Assembly: GCF_006345805.1 (NCBI RefSeq) | Contig: NC_043006.1 | Location: 66,960,001 to 67,024,000 of the forward strand | Origin: Octopus sinensis | Lineage: Eukaryota | Length of the DNA: 64,000 bases | Direction of reading: 5' to 3' | In this document: piece by piece, positions 1 to 11,634 of the stretch | Position numbering within the stretch: position 1 is the first letter of the stretch | How the letters are laid out: every line of letters starts with the position of its first letter | Program-made: the position numbers and the translations under genes | Notes under the pieces: model-generated | The model's input: only the letters and a program-made list of their open reading frames with translations | Databases searched by the model: none | What the model was told of the DNA's origin: nothing

Positions 1-275
1 GAAGCAAACAGGTGCAGGTGTGACCATGGACGCCAACTCCGCCGCCATCGACACACGAAAACTTATGCATTAAAATGGAATAAAAAATGATGTTAAATTA
101 TTTTTAAAATCGTAGACTCATCGTAAACGCGCGCTAATACTCAGACGGGCTCGATATGAATCACGACTATAAGATACCCGAATTTGGTTAAACTGCACCG
201 CAAAATGTGGGAGTAGTTAGGAATCTAAATCGAAGGGGACAGACACTCACACAACTACAGTTTTATATATATAGA
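1..275 (-). mobile_element. Non-autonomous Helitron, 5' part (cut by window edge)
   Basis: Reverse complement of the first ~280 bp of the element at 48018-48526; 5' terminus A|TCTATATATATAAAA at 275. Confidence 0.8.
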
Positions 276-712
276 TAGAGGGTACTATTATTCATAGGTA
301 CCGCACGCTAGGAGGGACTTTTGCAGTCAAAACTACTAAAATAAACAAATTGTTCCGAATGCAAAACTTCAAAGCGAGTCATTTAAAAACAGAATTTAGT
401 TACATATCACCTGTGATTTCGCAATCAATGCAGAATATGCATTCTATGCTCTTCAGTGCAAAGAACTCAAGACATATAAGAAAAAACACAACATCACATA
501 CCCGACAACCAACCGTAGAATTCGCCGCAGCATGTACGAATGTTTATCTTTACATATCTATGAAAGTGGCGGGCTTTTTCGCAATGCATTTCGGTAACAA
601 CTTGCCTACTCGGAACAAAAATTCAGTATTGAACTATTCCGGTGAAAAATATAAATTTAAAAATAAGGATAAAATCTTTATAAGAAATTGTCAGTAGTTA
701 GCGTGAAAAACC

Positions 713-1208
713 TCGAAGGTTTATAATGGATGCAGATTGTGTGTCAAATAGCTAGCTTGAGGCGATGGCCTCTTGGAGCTCTTCAGCGACAGCTTTAGTC
801 TTATATTTATAAGACTGCCATATTCGTATGGCGATAACTATTAATTTCCAGTAACGCTGCTGTAATCTCCCTTTAGAGAGACTTAGTAATTTTAATATTT
901 CTATTATTGAAAACAAGTGGATGTATTCCACTGAAACTAGGTAAATAGATACTTCGAACAGGGACAGTCAGTAGCGACACCTGCTGGGTCTGACTACGCT
1001 GCATTGATAAAGCGCAAATATCCTGAAACATGTCAGCAGCTGTCTGACTGGCAGGATGAAGAGGCTGACCTCCCCTGTTCGAAGGTTTATAATGACGCAG
1101 GTTGTGTGTCAAATAGCTAGCTTGAGGCGATGGCCTCTTGGAGCTAATCAGCGACAGCTTTAGTCTTATATTTATAAGACTGCCATATTAGTATGGCGAT
1201 AACTATTA

Positions 1209-1210
<2 letters not shown>
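713..1210. repeat. ~132-bp direct repeat pair (713-845, 1079-1210) ending in twin hairpins
   Basis: Near-identical TCGAAGGTTTATAATG...GATAACTATTAAT copies, each containing AGTCTTATATTTATAAGACT and GCCATATTNGTATGGC palindromes. Confidence 0.85.
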
Positions 1211-1239
<29 letters not shown>

Positions 1240-1308
1240 CATGTGAGCACCTCAGTGCAAAACAAGGGGGAAATAGTACTCGAATACCAAAGCTAGAGTA
1301 ATATTGTG

Positions 1309-1348
1309 ACTGTCTGACGAACAGGAACGCGAAACACTAAGCAACAGT
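1309..1348 (+). ncRNA. Degenerate minimal type-I hammerhead ribozyme motif (PLE terminus)
   Basis: ACTGT-CTGACGA-acaggaacgc-GAAAC-actaa-GCA-ACAGT; helix I closes with 5 bp; cleavage triplet mutated relative to sister copies. Confidence 0.55.
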
Positions 1349-1445
1349 TCTTATCTACATAAAATGTATGAATATACCTATGTGTATATATATTTGCGTA
1401 TGTGTGTATACATAGTTACATATATATGTGTGTGTGTTTAATTGT

Positions 1446-1484
<39 letters not shown>

Positions 1485-1794
1485 CAGCTGTGTACATACA
1501 CACCTACACTTAAATACATTTATTTATGCATACGTTACACTAATATATACACAATGTATATACCTGTAACATATGTAGCTGTCATTTGCTTCAGGCATTT
1601 GGCATGAGTGCCGCACGTTTATATATTTGGTGTCATTTATCAGCCTCGCTTCGATTTTTTAAATAGAAAAATATTTTAGACATTTGTCTAGCTTTGTGAA
1701 ATGATGCATATTTATATGATATGCATAACATTGTAAGTTTGTGCAACGCATTACTTCGCTTCATATTTACAAACATCCATGCAATCACCGTTTT

Positions 1795-1869
<75 letters not shown>

Positions 1870-2343
1870 GCATATTAAATACATACATATATACACACAC
1901 ACATATATATATACATATATATACACACACACATATATATACATATATATAAATGTATATATATATGCATATATATGTATGTATATATGTATTATATATA
2001 TGTATGTACATGTATATTTATGTATATATATATATGTGTGTGTGTATGTGTGTGTATGTGTATGTATTATGTATGTATGTATGTATAGGCTTGTACATAT
2101 TCATACACAGAGCAAGACGCAGACAGAGAGGAAGGGAGATTTGTTGTGGTTATGTGCCGAGAATCTGATTTGATTCGTGTATTTTCTCTACTTTGCAAAA
2201 TAAATACATAAATGAATAAATAAATAAATGAAAATAAAAAAAGACATTGAGAATGAAATATATCAATATTAATAAAATTAAAATTGTGATGAGATTGTAA
2301 GCGGGTGAAGCAACATATCTTTTGTTAAACAAAAGTTTCACAT

Positions 2344-2538
2344 AGCGCAGCAGTAACTCAGTGCTTGCTTACCAACCACGGTTTCAGTCCCATTGCATGG
2401 CCTCTTGGACAAGTGTTTTCTACTATAGACTCGGGCCAAGCTAAGCTTCGTGAGTGGATTTGGTAGACGGAAACTGAAAGAAGTCCGTCATATATGTGTG
2501 TATGTATATGTGTGTGTATGTGTGCGAGTGCGTGTGTA

Positions 2539-2569
<31 letters not shown>

Positions 2570-2735
2570 CTAACATCGCTTGACAACTGATGCTGGTGTA
2601 TTTATATCCCCGTAACGTAACGGTTCCGCAAAGGAAATCGATAGAATACGTATTTGGCTTCCAAAGAATAAGTCCTGTGGTCGATTTGCTCCTCTAAAAG
2701 CGGTGCTCCAGAATGACTGAAACAAATAAAAGAAT
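2344..2735 (+). mobile_element. SINE family A (major tRNA-derived SINE)
   Basis: Matches the 51004-51410 copy: ...GATTTGGTAGACGGAAACTGAAAGAAG, internal (TG)n, CATCGCTTGACAAC, TGACTGAAACAA tail. Confidence 0.85.
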
Positions 2736-2769
2736 TCAAAAATAAAATAAATAGCTGTCAGGACAAACA

Positions 2770-2922
2770 TACATCCATCGTGGAACTCCGTCGGTTACGA
2801 CGATGAGGGTTCCAGTTGATCCAAACAAGGGAACAGCCTGATCGTCAAATTAACGTGCAAGTGGCTGAGCACCTCACAGACACGTTACCCTTAACGTAGT
2901 TCAAGGGGGGATTCAGCGTGAC
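2770..2922 (-). mobile_element. SINE family C 3' fragment
   Basis: AACGTGCAAGTGGCTGAGCAC...CCCTTAACGTAGTTC is the reverse complement of the 3' part of 31634-31915. Confidence 0.7.
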
Positions 2923-2926
2923 AAAG

Positions 2927-3392
2927 AAAACCGGTGATTGTCGTACGCTGAGGACAGGTCAATAGCTAGAAACTGCAGTCCGTGCGTATCACTTAGGTTG
3001 ACGAGGGAAGGATGAACTCCCTTTGCAAATACTATAAGGGCACAGAAAGTGTGCCTAAAGCCAGCTGGAGACGATGTTCTCCTGGGGCTACAACCTACAC
3101 TACAACCCACCATTAGTGGTTAGCCATATTGAGATGGCAAGTATACCTCACATTGTCGTGCAGTTACTGTTTATACCTTGTTCAGAGATTTATTATTGCT
3201 TGCATACAGTTTTTCGAGATCAGTGACGAAAAGTTACTGGAAAAACGATATAAGTATTTGCATTGGGACTCTTTTCATCGAAAACCGGTGATTTTCGTAC
3301 GCTGTGGACAGGTCAATAGCTCGAAACTGCAGTCCAGGCGTATGACTTAGGTTGACGAGGGAAGGATGGCGAGGATGGCGAGTATACCTCAC
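2927..3392 (+). mobile_element. Tandem 354-bp unit bounded by two hammerhead motifs (retrozyme- or PLE-LTR-like)
   Basis: 2927-3012 repeats at 3281-3368; both copies carry CTG(A/T)GGA...GAAAC-TGCA-GTC. Confidence 0.65.
2943..2985 (+). ncRNA. Minimal type-I hammerhead ribozyme motif
   Basis: GTACG-CTGAGGA-caggtcaatagcta-GAAAC-TGCA-GTC-CGTGC: both core boxes, palindromic loop 3, GUC site, 5-bp helix I; helix II is weak. Confidence 0.65.
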
Positions 3393-3406
3393 ATTTAAAA
3401 TATTTT

Positions 3407-3540
3407 CTCTATCGAAGTCAACTTTACCTTTCATCATTTCAGAGTCGATAAACTAAGTACCAGTTGTCTACTGAAGTCGATCTAATCTACTGGCCCTCTC
3501 CCCAAAAATGTCAGGCCTTGTGGCTAGAGTAGAAAAGAAT
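3407..3540 (+). mobile_element. SINE family B 3' part
   Basis: GTCAACTTTACCTTTCATC...GTCGATAAACTAAGTACCAGTT core plus GGCCTTGTG..TAGAGTAGAAAAGAAT tail. Confidence 0.75.
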
Positions 3541-3876
3541 ATTTTCTCAACAGGTTTCACTCGTTGCAACGCGGTCATAATGTGACAATTCTTTCGAGGA
3601 CACAATGTGATAATTTCTACTTAATTACTGATTTCATTCTGATATATATTTTTATTGACATTATTTATTGAAGAGCTATAACTGTCGTACTTCAAGCGTA
3701 CATCATTTATATAAATACAGATATTGATCATTGTGGACATACTATGACGTCTAGCACTAGACCTGTAATACGGAACATTTCCCTGTTAAGGCACTTTCTC
3801 CACAGTTCCCCACTCAATCAAAGTTAGCGCCATGCAATTGGCATACAAGATCTTTGATTCTTCTATATGTCATTAG

Positions 3877-4296
3877 CAGTAACGTTAGTAGGGGGCAAGG
3901 GAGGCAAGTGCACTAGGAGCCGAATGAAAGGAGTGCATATTGAAGGGGCACCTCATCAAAAGCAAGAAAGATGAGACTTTAAACGATTGCTTTATTTATT
4001 ATTACATCACATTTCACACATTAGGGTTTTTTAATGTCTCAATCGGGAAAGTTGGTGTATTTAACGGTTAAAATAATGAGGTTTCGTACAAGTAAATATT
4101 CAAATAATATATTTTAAATTACAGGCTGTACCGAACCGGCAGGTAAATGAACACTAGTAAGGTATTTATTCCTAAGATATTGCTTTAAAACATGAACTAC
4201 TTGTAATAAGTAAGTACTATGTAATCTTGAGGATTTTGTAATGTCAGTTTGCCCTAGATATGTCACTGGACACGGTTTACCCTAGCTATGCCACTG
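3877..4296. mobile_element. hAT-type MITE
   Basis: Degenerate TIRs CAGTAACGTTAGTAGGG / CCCTAGCTATGCCACTG; 8-bp flanks GTCATTAG / CTCATTAA (6/8). Confidence 0.6.
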
Positions 4297-4579
4297 CTCA
4301 TTAAGCCAAGCATATATTTTTTTTTATATTGATGACAATCACATACTATGATGTTTCCACTGAATCATCAGTTTAAATTTTTTGATACCCTAACCTGTTA
4401 AAATTAGGTTTAAGGATTATAGCCATGCTATTATAATCACTTTGTATTATTCATTAAAGAAGTTAAAACCGAATTGAAGATAGTGAGTTTGATATTTTGC
4501 CAACCTCTCGTCTTTGGGGATCAAATACTGGTGAGAGGATCAAATGCAGCCGCTGAAATTGTAATATTGCATCTTCCTC

Positions 4580-4960
4580 GACCATATATTCCTGGGAGGG
4601 TCGTGAGGGCAGTGTTCTCAAAAACGCCTTTTGTCGGGTCCTGTCAGAAACAATCGTCTCCAATTGATCCGGCTGGATCTCCAAGTGAGACCAACCGCTA
4701 TCATAGATGTTATCGAACCAGTATATTCTACCGGAGGTTAGTCTTTGCCCTTAAATCCTGTCCAGCGATCATTTCCTGCAGCAAGCCTGTTGTATCGGTG
4801 TTGTGAATTCCCGGTTCGAAGAAGTAGTGGTTCTACTTGGAGCGCCTCTCTGATCTCCAATCTAGGCAAACTATCGAGTAATGATACTCTAAAAGACCCT
4901 TCGGAGGAACCCCATTTGTTCCGCTTGTATTCGCGGTCGTATTATCTCGGTCACTGCCCA
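4580..4960 (-). mobile_element. RTE-clade LINE 3' fragment (Rex3/Expander-like), frameshifted
   Basis: Minus-strand translation RPRIQAEQMGFLRRV..LEIREALQVEPLLLR..WFDNIYDSGWSHLEIQPDQLETIVSDR..LRTLPSRP resembles the RTE ORF C-terminus. Confidence 0.75.
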
Positions 4961-5504
4961 AGATTATTCATAATTTGTAAGAGTAGGCAAGACACCGAAT
5001 TGAAAATAGCCTGAAACATAATTTACGAAGTTAAAAGTTGAGTCAACTTTTATGAAAAGGTAAACCGATAGAGAATTTTAAATAATAAATACTCCATCAA
5101 AGCAGGAAAGGAACAAATCTATTCACGACTTCAAACATTTTAAGTACTTCAAAGCTAGGACTGAAAAACTGAACACCTAAGGCAACTTGACAAATGGCCA
5201 TTTTTCAAAGAAATAAACTCAATAAGATACATTTTTCTTTTGATATTGAAGAATTGTTTGACTATCAAAATATATTCAATGAAAGATGATATAAAATCAA
5301 AATTATATTGATTAGTTGAGCATTAAATATTTAGTACTCGAATACTTTTTCTATAGAATAGAGATCATATAAAATCAAACTCCAAAATTTGTTGTTTTGC
5401 TCTTAGGAAAAAATTACTTATACCAGACCCTCCTCGGTAGAATCTCTGACCCAATTCAAAAACCACGACCCTAATGCGCCAAGTTACAACACACAGACAG
5501 ATAC

Positions 5505-5610
5505 CTACCAACCACATGGTTCTGGGTTCAGTCCCACTGCGTGGTACCTTAGGCAAGTGTCTTCTGCTATAGTGAATTTGGTAGACGGAAACTGAAAGAA
5601 GCCTGTCGTA
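5505..5610 (+). mobile_element. SINE family A 5' fragment
   Basis: ACCAACCACATGGTTCTGGGTTCAGTCCCACTGCGTGG...GGAAACTGAAAGAAG. Confidence 0.8.
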
Positions 5611-5628
5611 TATATATACATACATATA

Positions 5629-7103
5629 GGATGTTTTCCTTTTGATGGACGGAATTCAACACAATTTCTAGTTAACTAAACAATTTGAAACTTCGTATAC
5701 TGGTAGAATGTGTCAAAAGAAAACATTATTTTCACTTGGCTTTTTTGAGAAAATTGTAATTTGTAAGTTTAACGTAGTTTAATTCTTCGAATTTTAACCA
5801 ATGAATTGCCAGCATTTGAGCTCAAATCATTTGCTGCGTCTAAAAATTCAGACAACATCCTGTTACAACGTAAACAACGCGCGCACACACACACACACAC
5901 ACGTGTTATTCATCCTTCTCTCTTCTGTCTGTCTCACTCTTTTAGTCATCCGCACTTGCTGCGTTATCGATATTGATAAACAAACGAGGAGGCATGTGCT
6001 AGAAATAACAGCCATATCTCTTAAATCGATGAATTTCGTCGCCCAATAAAAATATTAACGATATTTTTTGAATATCTTCTTTATTTTTTTTTACCGAAAA
6101 GGCTTCTCCCATGGTTTTGAAGGGCCCAAAACAACAAAAACAAAACAATAATATGCCTAAATCGGTCTAGAGTGGGCTATGAGGGTGCGCGTGGAGTGTG
6201 GATCGTATTGTAAAAATTTGCGAAATATTTTTTCATAAAAGGATGCCCCAGCTTGTCGGAGGCTGTGATATAAATTGGGAAAAAAAATCCTCGACACCAG
6301 TGCGTAATTGGTACTTAATTTATCGACCCCGAAACAATGAAACATTTCTTGTTTATTTACCTTTTGTGTAAATTTGTTCCGGCAAGGGGCAAAACACAGA
6401 GGGGACAAAGCATGAGATACAAAAGTATGAAGTCGATTCTATCGACACCAGTGCGAACTCACGAACGTGTATGTATGCTTGTGTGCGTATGTGTGTGTAT
6501 GTATGTCTCCGTTTGTATGTGTGTGTACGTTTGTATCTGTGTGTACGCTCATATATTAATTACTATGTGCTTGTGCATATGTATATGCATGTGTTTGAGA
6601 GAGAGAGAGAGAGAGAGAGAGTGACAGTGTGTGTGTGTAAGTGTACGTGTGTACGTATCTGAATATATGTGTGTGTGTATGCGGCGTGCGTATGTGCGTA
6701 TAAGCATGTATCTTTGTGTATGTATATGTATATTTGTCTGTGTGTGCGTGTGTATGTATATTTACTTCTATATGCAGGCGCGCTTGTATATGCAAGTGTT
6801 TGTATGCGTTTGGGATCTTTTCCTTTTGTTATTTAAGAGATATGGCTGTTATTTCTAGCACATGCCTCCTCGTTTGTTTATCAATATCGATAACGCAGCA
6901 AATGATTTGAGCTAAAATGCTGGCAATTCATTGGTTAAAATTCGAAGAATTAAACTACGTTAAACTTACAAATTACAATTTTCTCAAAAAAGCCAAGTGA
7001 AAATAATGTTTTCTTTTGACACATTCTACCAGTATACGAAGTTTCAAATTGTTTAGTTAACTACAAATTGAGTTGAATTCCGTCCATCAAAAGGAAAATA
7101 TCC
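5629..7103. mobile_element. Two inverted copies of a GG...CC-terminated non-autonomous DNA transposon (5629-6290 and 6813-7103), possibly Merlin-like
   Basis: TIR GGAT(G/A/C)TTTTCCTTTTG; about 270 bp of near-identical inverted sequence between the copies; outer 8-bp flanks TACATATA / TACAAATA. Confidence 0.65.
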
Positions 7104-7112
7104 TACAAATAC

Positions 7113-7167
<55 letters not shown>

Positions 7168-7527
7168 ACTCTTTTACTTGTTTCAGGCATTTGACTGCGG
7201 CTATGCTGGAGTACCTCCTTTAGTGAAGCAAGTCGACCACATGGGCTTATTCTTTGAAAGCCTTGCACTTATTGTATCGGTGACTTTTGCCGAACCACTA
7301 AGTTACGGAAACATGAACACACCACTATAGGTTGTCAACCGATGTTGGGGGATAAAAACAGACACACAAACATATACACACATGTACATATATATAAATA
7401 CATATATACGACGGTCTTCTTTAGTTTCCGTCTACCAAATTCACTTACAAGGCTTTGGTCGGCCCGAGGCTATAGTAAAAGACACTTACACAACGTGCCA
7501 CGCAGTGGGAATGAACCTGGAACCATG
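7168..7527 (-). mobile_element. SINE family A
   Basis: Reverse complement of family A, lacking the extreme 5' end. Confidence 0.85.
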
Positions 7528-7802
7528 TTGTAATGTGTAGATGTATGCAGATGCGTGTATGTGTGTGTGCGTGCGTGTGTGTTTGTGAGTTTCTGTATGA
7601 GTGCACGGTTGCATATGTGTGTGTTAGGAAGCAAAACAGTCGCTGGAGGGAAGGATGTCAAACAACTGGCAAGTAAACTGGAGGATGTATTTCATTACTT
7701 CGTGAGCGACAAAATAAGTCCCAACTGAGACATGTGTCGATATAATCAACCAGCTCCTTTTCCAGGAATTTCATGTCTTTTACCTATCATGAATAGAAAG
7801 GA

Positions 7803-7990
7803 TCAAGTTCCACTTGAAAAGGAAAGTGAGGTTGGCGAGTATTCTTCTTGAAGGTAGGTGAATGTGGCGAGGATGAACCATGTGAATGGGTCTACTCTGA
7901 ACATGCTCTTGTAGGCCGGAGGAGTGGTGAGGGAGTGAAGTACCTGCTTGAGGTATCCTTAGCGGTTGGGGTAACCAGTTTGTTTCAGGT
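7803..7990 (+). mobile_element. L1/Tx1-type LINE ORF2 C-terminal relic
   Basis: KFHLKRKVRL...VNVARMNHVNGSTLNMLL* parallels KYHLKRKVRV...WVNVARM in 49646-50217. Confidence 0.6.
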
Positions 7991-8650
7991 TACACGGTTT
8001 TTTGGTAAAAGAATTGCGCCCTAGACGTCTTTCAATTTTCGTCTAGCAAATCCACTGACAAAGCTATAGCAGAACACATTCTCCCAAATTGCCACACAGT
8101 GGGAGCGATCTCGGAATCTTATGGTTGGGAGGGCAAACTTTTTACCACACATCCACACTTGAACCTATTCCAGAAAATATTTTAATAATAAAAAGCAAAA
8201 AAAAGAAAAAAGCCAAACTACAGGTATTGTAGACTAATCTAAGAACACACAATAAAGCAGATTTATATGGTACGCACGAAACCATACGTAAGGACGTGTT
8301 CAATACAAACATGTACTCAGATAAAGAATCGGTGCGATACAAGTTGGATACCTAACACGATATCCTATAAGCTGGCACAGAGATATATCATGTAAATTTA
8401 TTCCGAATAAAAACAAGCATTGTCATTCTTTTCGTAGTTATCGATTTCGGATATCACACATTTTTATTCCATAGCTTTTGTTGTTTTGTATTCTTATCAA
8501 ATTTGTTGTGTTTATGTTCCTTCTTTTGGTCGACGATGTCCTTGTAGTTGTTGTTGTTGGTGGTGGTGAGACTGACGGTGATGATGATGATGATGATGAT
8601 GGTTTTATTTTCCAGTAGCACTTCCTCATGCGCACGAAAACAGAGACAGC

Positions 8651-8688
<38 letters not shown>

Positions 8689-8800
8689 TACATAAACATA
8701 TACATATACATATCTATATAATGTGTGTATGTACATATGAATATACATAAATATGTGCTTATATGTATGTATATATATATATATCTATATCTATTTATCG

Positions 8801-8850
<50 letters not shown>

Positions 8851-9359
8851 CACGTGCGTGTGTGTCACACACACGTATATGTACCCACATACATTTATAT
8901 GGGCAAATAAACAACCAACAATATTCGTTAACGTCTGCATATATATAACATTTTTATGCATTCGCACTAACATACGCCCATATCTACCTTGCTAACTATC
9001 TATATATTATTCACTTTCTCTTTTCTACTCCGTTTATCACACATACATACATCCCACAGGTGTATATATATACATATATATATATTATATATATATATAT
9101 ATATATACACCCACATATGTCATAAGTATTTGGATACATAAATAACGCAATCGACACACAACACACACACACACACACACATATATATGTATACATATGT
9201 GTGTGTGCCTCTGTGTGTGTGTGTATTCCATTATCTATGAATTCAAATGCTGATGATTTAACTGTTTTCTGTAGATTCGCCACTCTTTATTTGGTGTTTT
9301 TGACTCACTCACCGTACACATCTTTACATCTATATACGTCGTTATATATACATACATGC

Positions 9360-9560
<201 letters not shown>

Positions 9561-11254
9561 ATATGTGTGTGTGTATACATAGATATATATGTATGTATAT
9601 AATCATATATATCTATGAATATATATATATATTTATATACGTACTCATACTTATATATCTGTATGCACGTACATATACGCATGTATGTATACGTGTGTGT
9701 ATGTGTATGCATGTATGTATGTGTGCGTGTGTATATGTCTAAAATATCACACATACATATAACATGTATGTAAGTATGTTATTTCATTATCACCATTGCT
9801 ATCAACAATATTTTATACTTCTGTCGTCATTTTTCATGTCACAGTTTTTTCTTCCTGAAACGTTTCAGCTCTTGACATATGCTCCTCCCTCTTTTCCCAG
9901 TTGGCATTGGACGTCATCCATTAATATTATCACAATCATCATTAATATTATAGCTATTATTATTGTCGTTGATGTTGTATTTGTTGCTATTGTTACGATC
10001 AGTTTTTTCTTGTCCCTGTTGTTGCGAACGATCACGTATCAAATTTGCCCGCTTAAAACATATTTTCTTGCAGCTTTATTTGATGGAGAAAAATGGTAGA
10101 TTTATTGTGTTCTCTCTGATCGCCGACAAAGGAGTTTGGCATATTTGAACGTACTTCCATTACGCCGATGAAGAAAAGAATGTTTGTCCAGAGACATTTT
10201 TATGGCTATCCATATTTTCTTTTATCGCAAGCATCCATTTAGCTTTGTGTATATTGTGTGCCAATATGGCTATTTCTGATGTAGTAGGATGAGGCATTTG
10301 CCGTATAGGTGGTAGCAGAAAATACGGCCACAAATATTTGAAATCTCAGAAATATTTACAAATGAAAGATGAGTGAAGATAAAGCAGTGACAAAAGTATT
10401 GGGACTCCGTTATTAGCGCTGCCAGTTACAATTTGTCAAAGGGGAAATATCCTAAATATAAAATTAAGTGGCCATAAGCAGAACCAGTTACCGCAATAAA
10501 TCATTCAAGACTAGATTTGCACTTAATATCGGTTAGAGTCCATTCCGAACAAGGAACACCGATTGTAACCGTACGTCACAAAATTATATCCCTTTCCTAT
10601 GAATTTATGCAGGAAATAGTGAAGTTGAAGATGGTAAACATTAGTTTCTCAAACAGCAAGGAAGACTTTGATACAGCTCTGGCTGATGTGAGAGACGATG
10701 TCGTTCTCTTGTGTCCAAAGACGGTCGTGAACAGATACAGCATTACAGAAAACGAATCTAGGTTTCTTGCCATATTTTCCCACCGGTAATAGGCATAAAA
10801 CGTCACCCGGGGCAGCTTGAGTGCTTTCGAGAGTGTCCACTATATTATGAAGATTCGGGTGAAATATCCGCTTGAAGAAAAATTCCTTTCTCGCACCCAA
10901 TAGACTCGAGAGTTCTATAAATAGCTATAAACTCTATCTTTTCTCCTGAGGAAGCGATAACAGAAAAACATGGTCAGCTGGATGCTGACTTGCAGTAACA
11001 TGAAGGTGGATATGGTCAGTATGGACTTCCTGGTTCTGATGACACTCTGTTGACGATAGGCAATTACTGAGTAAACCTATTTAGGAAGCCATGAAAAGGT
11101 AAATCAGACTAATGGAGCAAGGTGAAAAGGTCCGAATGCTCGATGGGTGGAAGTAATGGCCACTTGAGGACATTCTTACAAGGGAAAGATAAGATGAAAG
11201 AGGGCGGCTGACAGTAATACAGATGGAGAACACAATATAATAGAAAACTCCAGA

Positions 11255-11320
11255 CTGCAGTTGGTGTCATCTTTGTTCCCATTGCACTGTCGATTGTATC
11301 TCCTAAGATATCCAAATTGA
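11255..11320 (-). mobile_element. Inverted scrap of Penelope RT (SAMGTKMTPT motif)
   Basis: Resembles the PLE RT motif GTAMGTKMAPT, which is missing from the adjacent + strand copy. Confidence 0.55.
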
Positions 11321-11634
11321 AAGAACAAACAAGCGGAATAGATTCATGTTCAGTGCAATTTTCAGAGAAAAGAAATGAGTTCAGAAAAAAAGGGTAAGCA
11401 GAAGGCTGCCGATCTCAAACAAATTGCTATGTGATCCCGTCTTGTGTATCTGCTGTGGATTTATCTGAGTTGACAACAACGGAGTAATGTAAGGATTGAT
11501 CGAGGAGTTGCAAGTCGAATACAGCGATCCCAAACCTTAAAATCTGCAGCGTTGCTTTATCAACATATATTACGTTTAAATCACCTCCAATATATATGTG
11601 TGTGTGTATATTCCAGCAAACCCTGTAAAACAAA

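Noticed and set aside
10440-11250. Protein-like ORF fragments (e.g. 10517-10789), possibly a decayed LINE ORF1 or host exon
   Set aside because: No diagnostic motif, many stops, no convincing splice-bounded frame.
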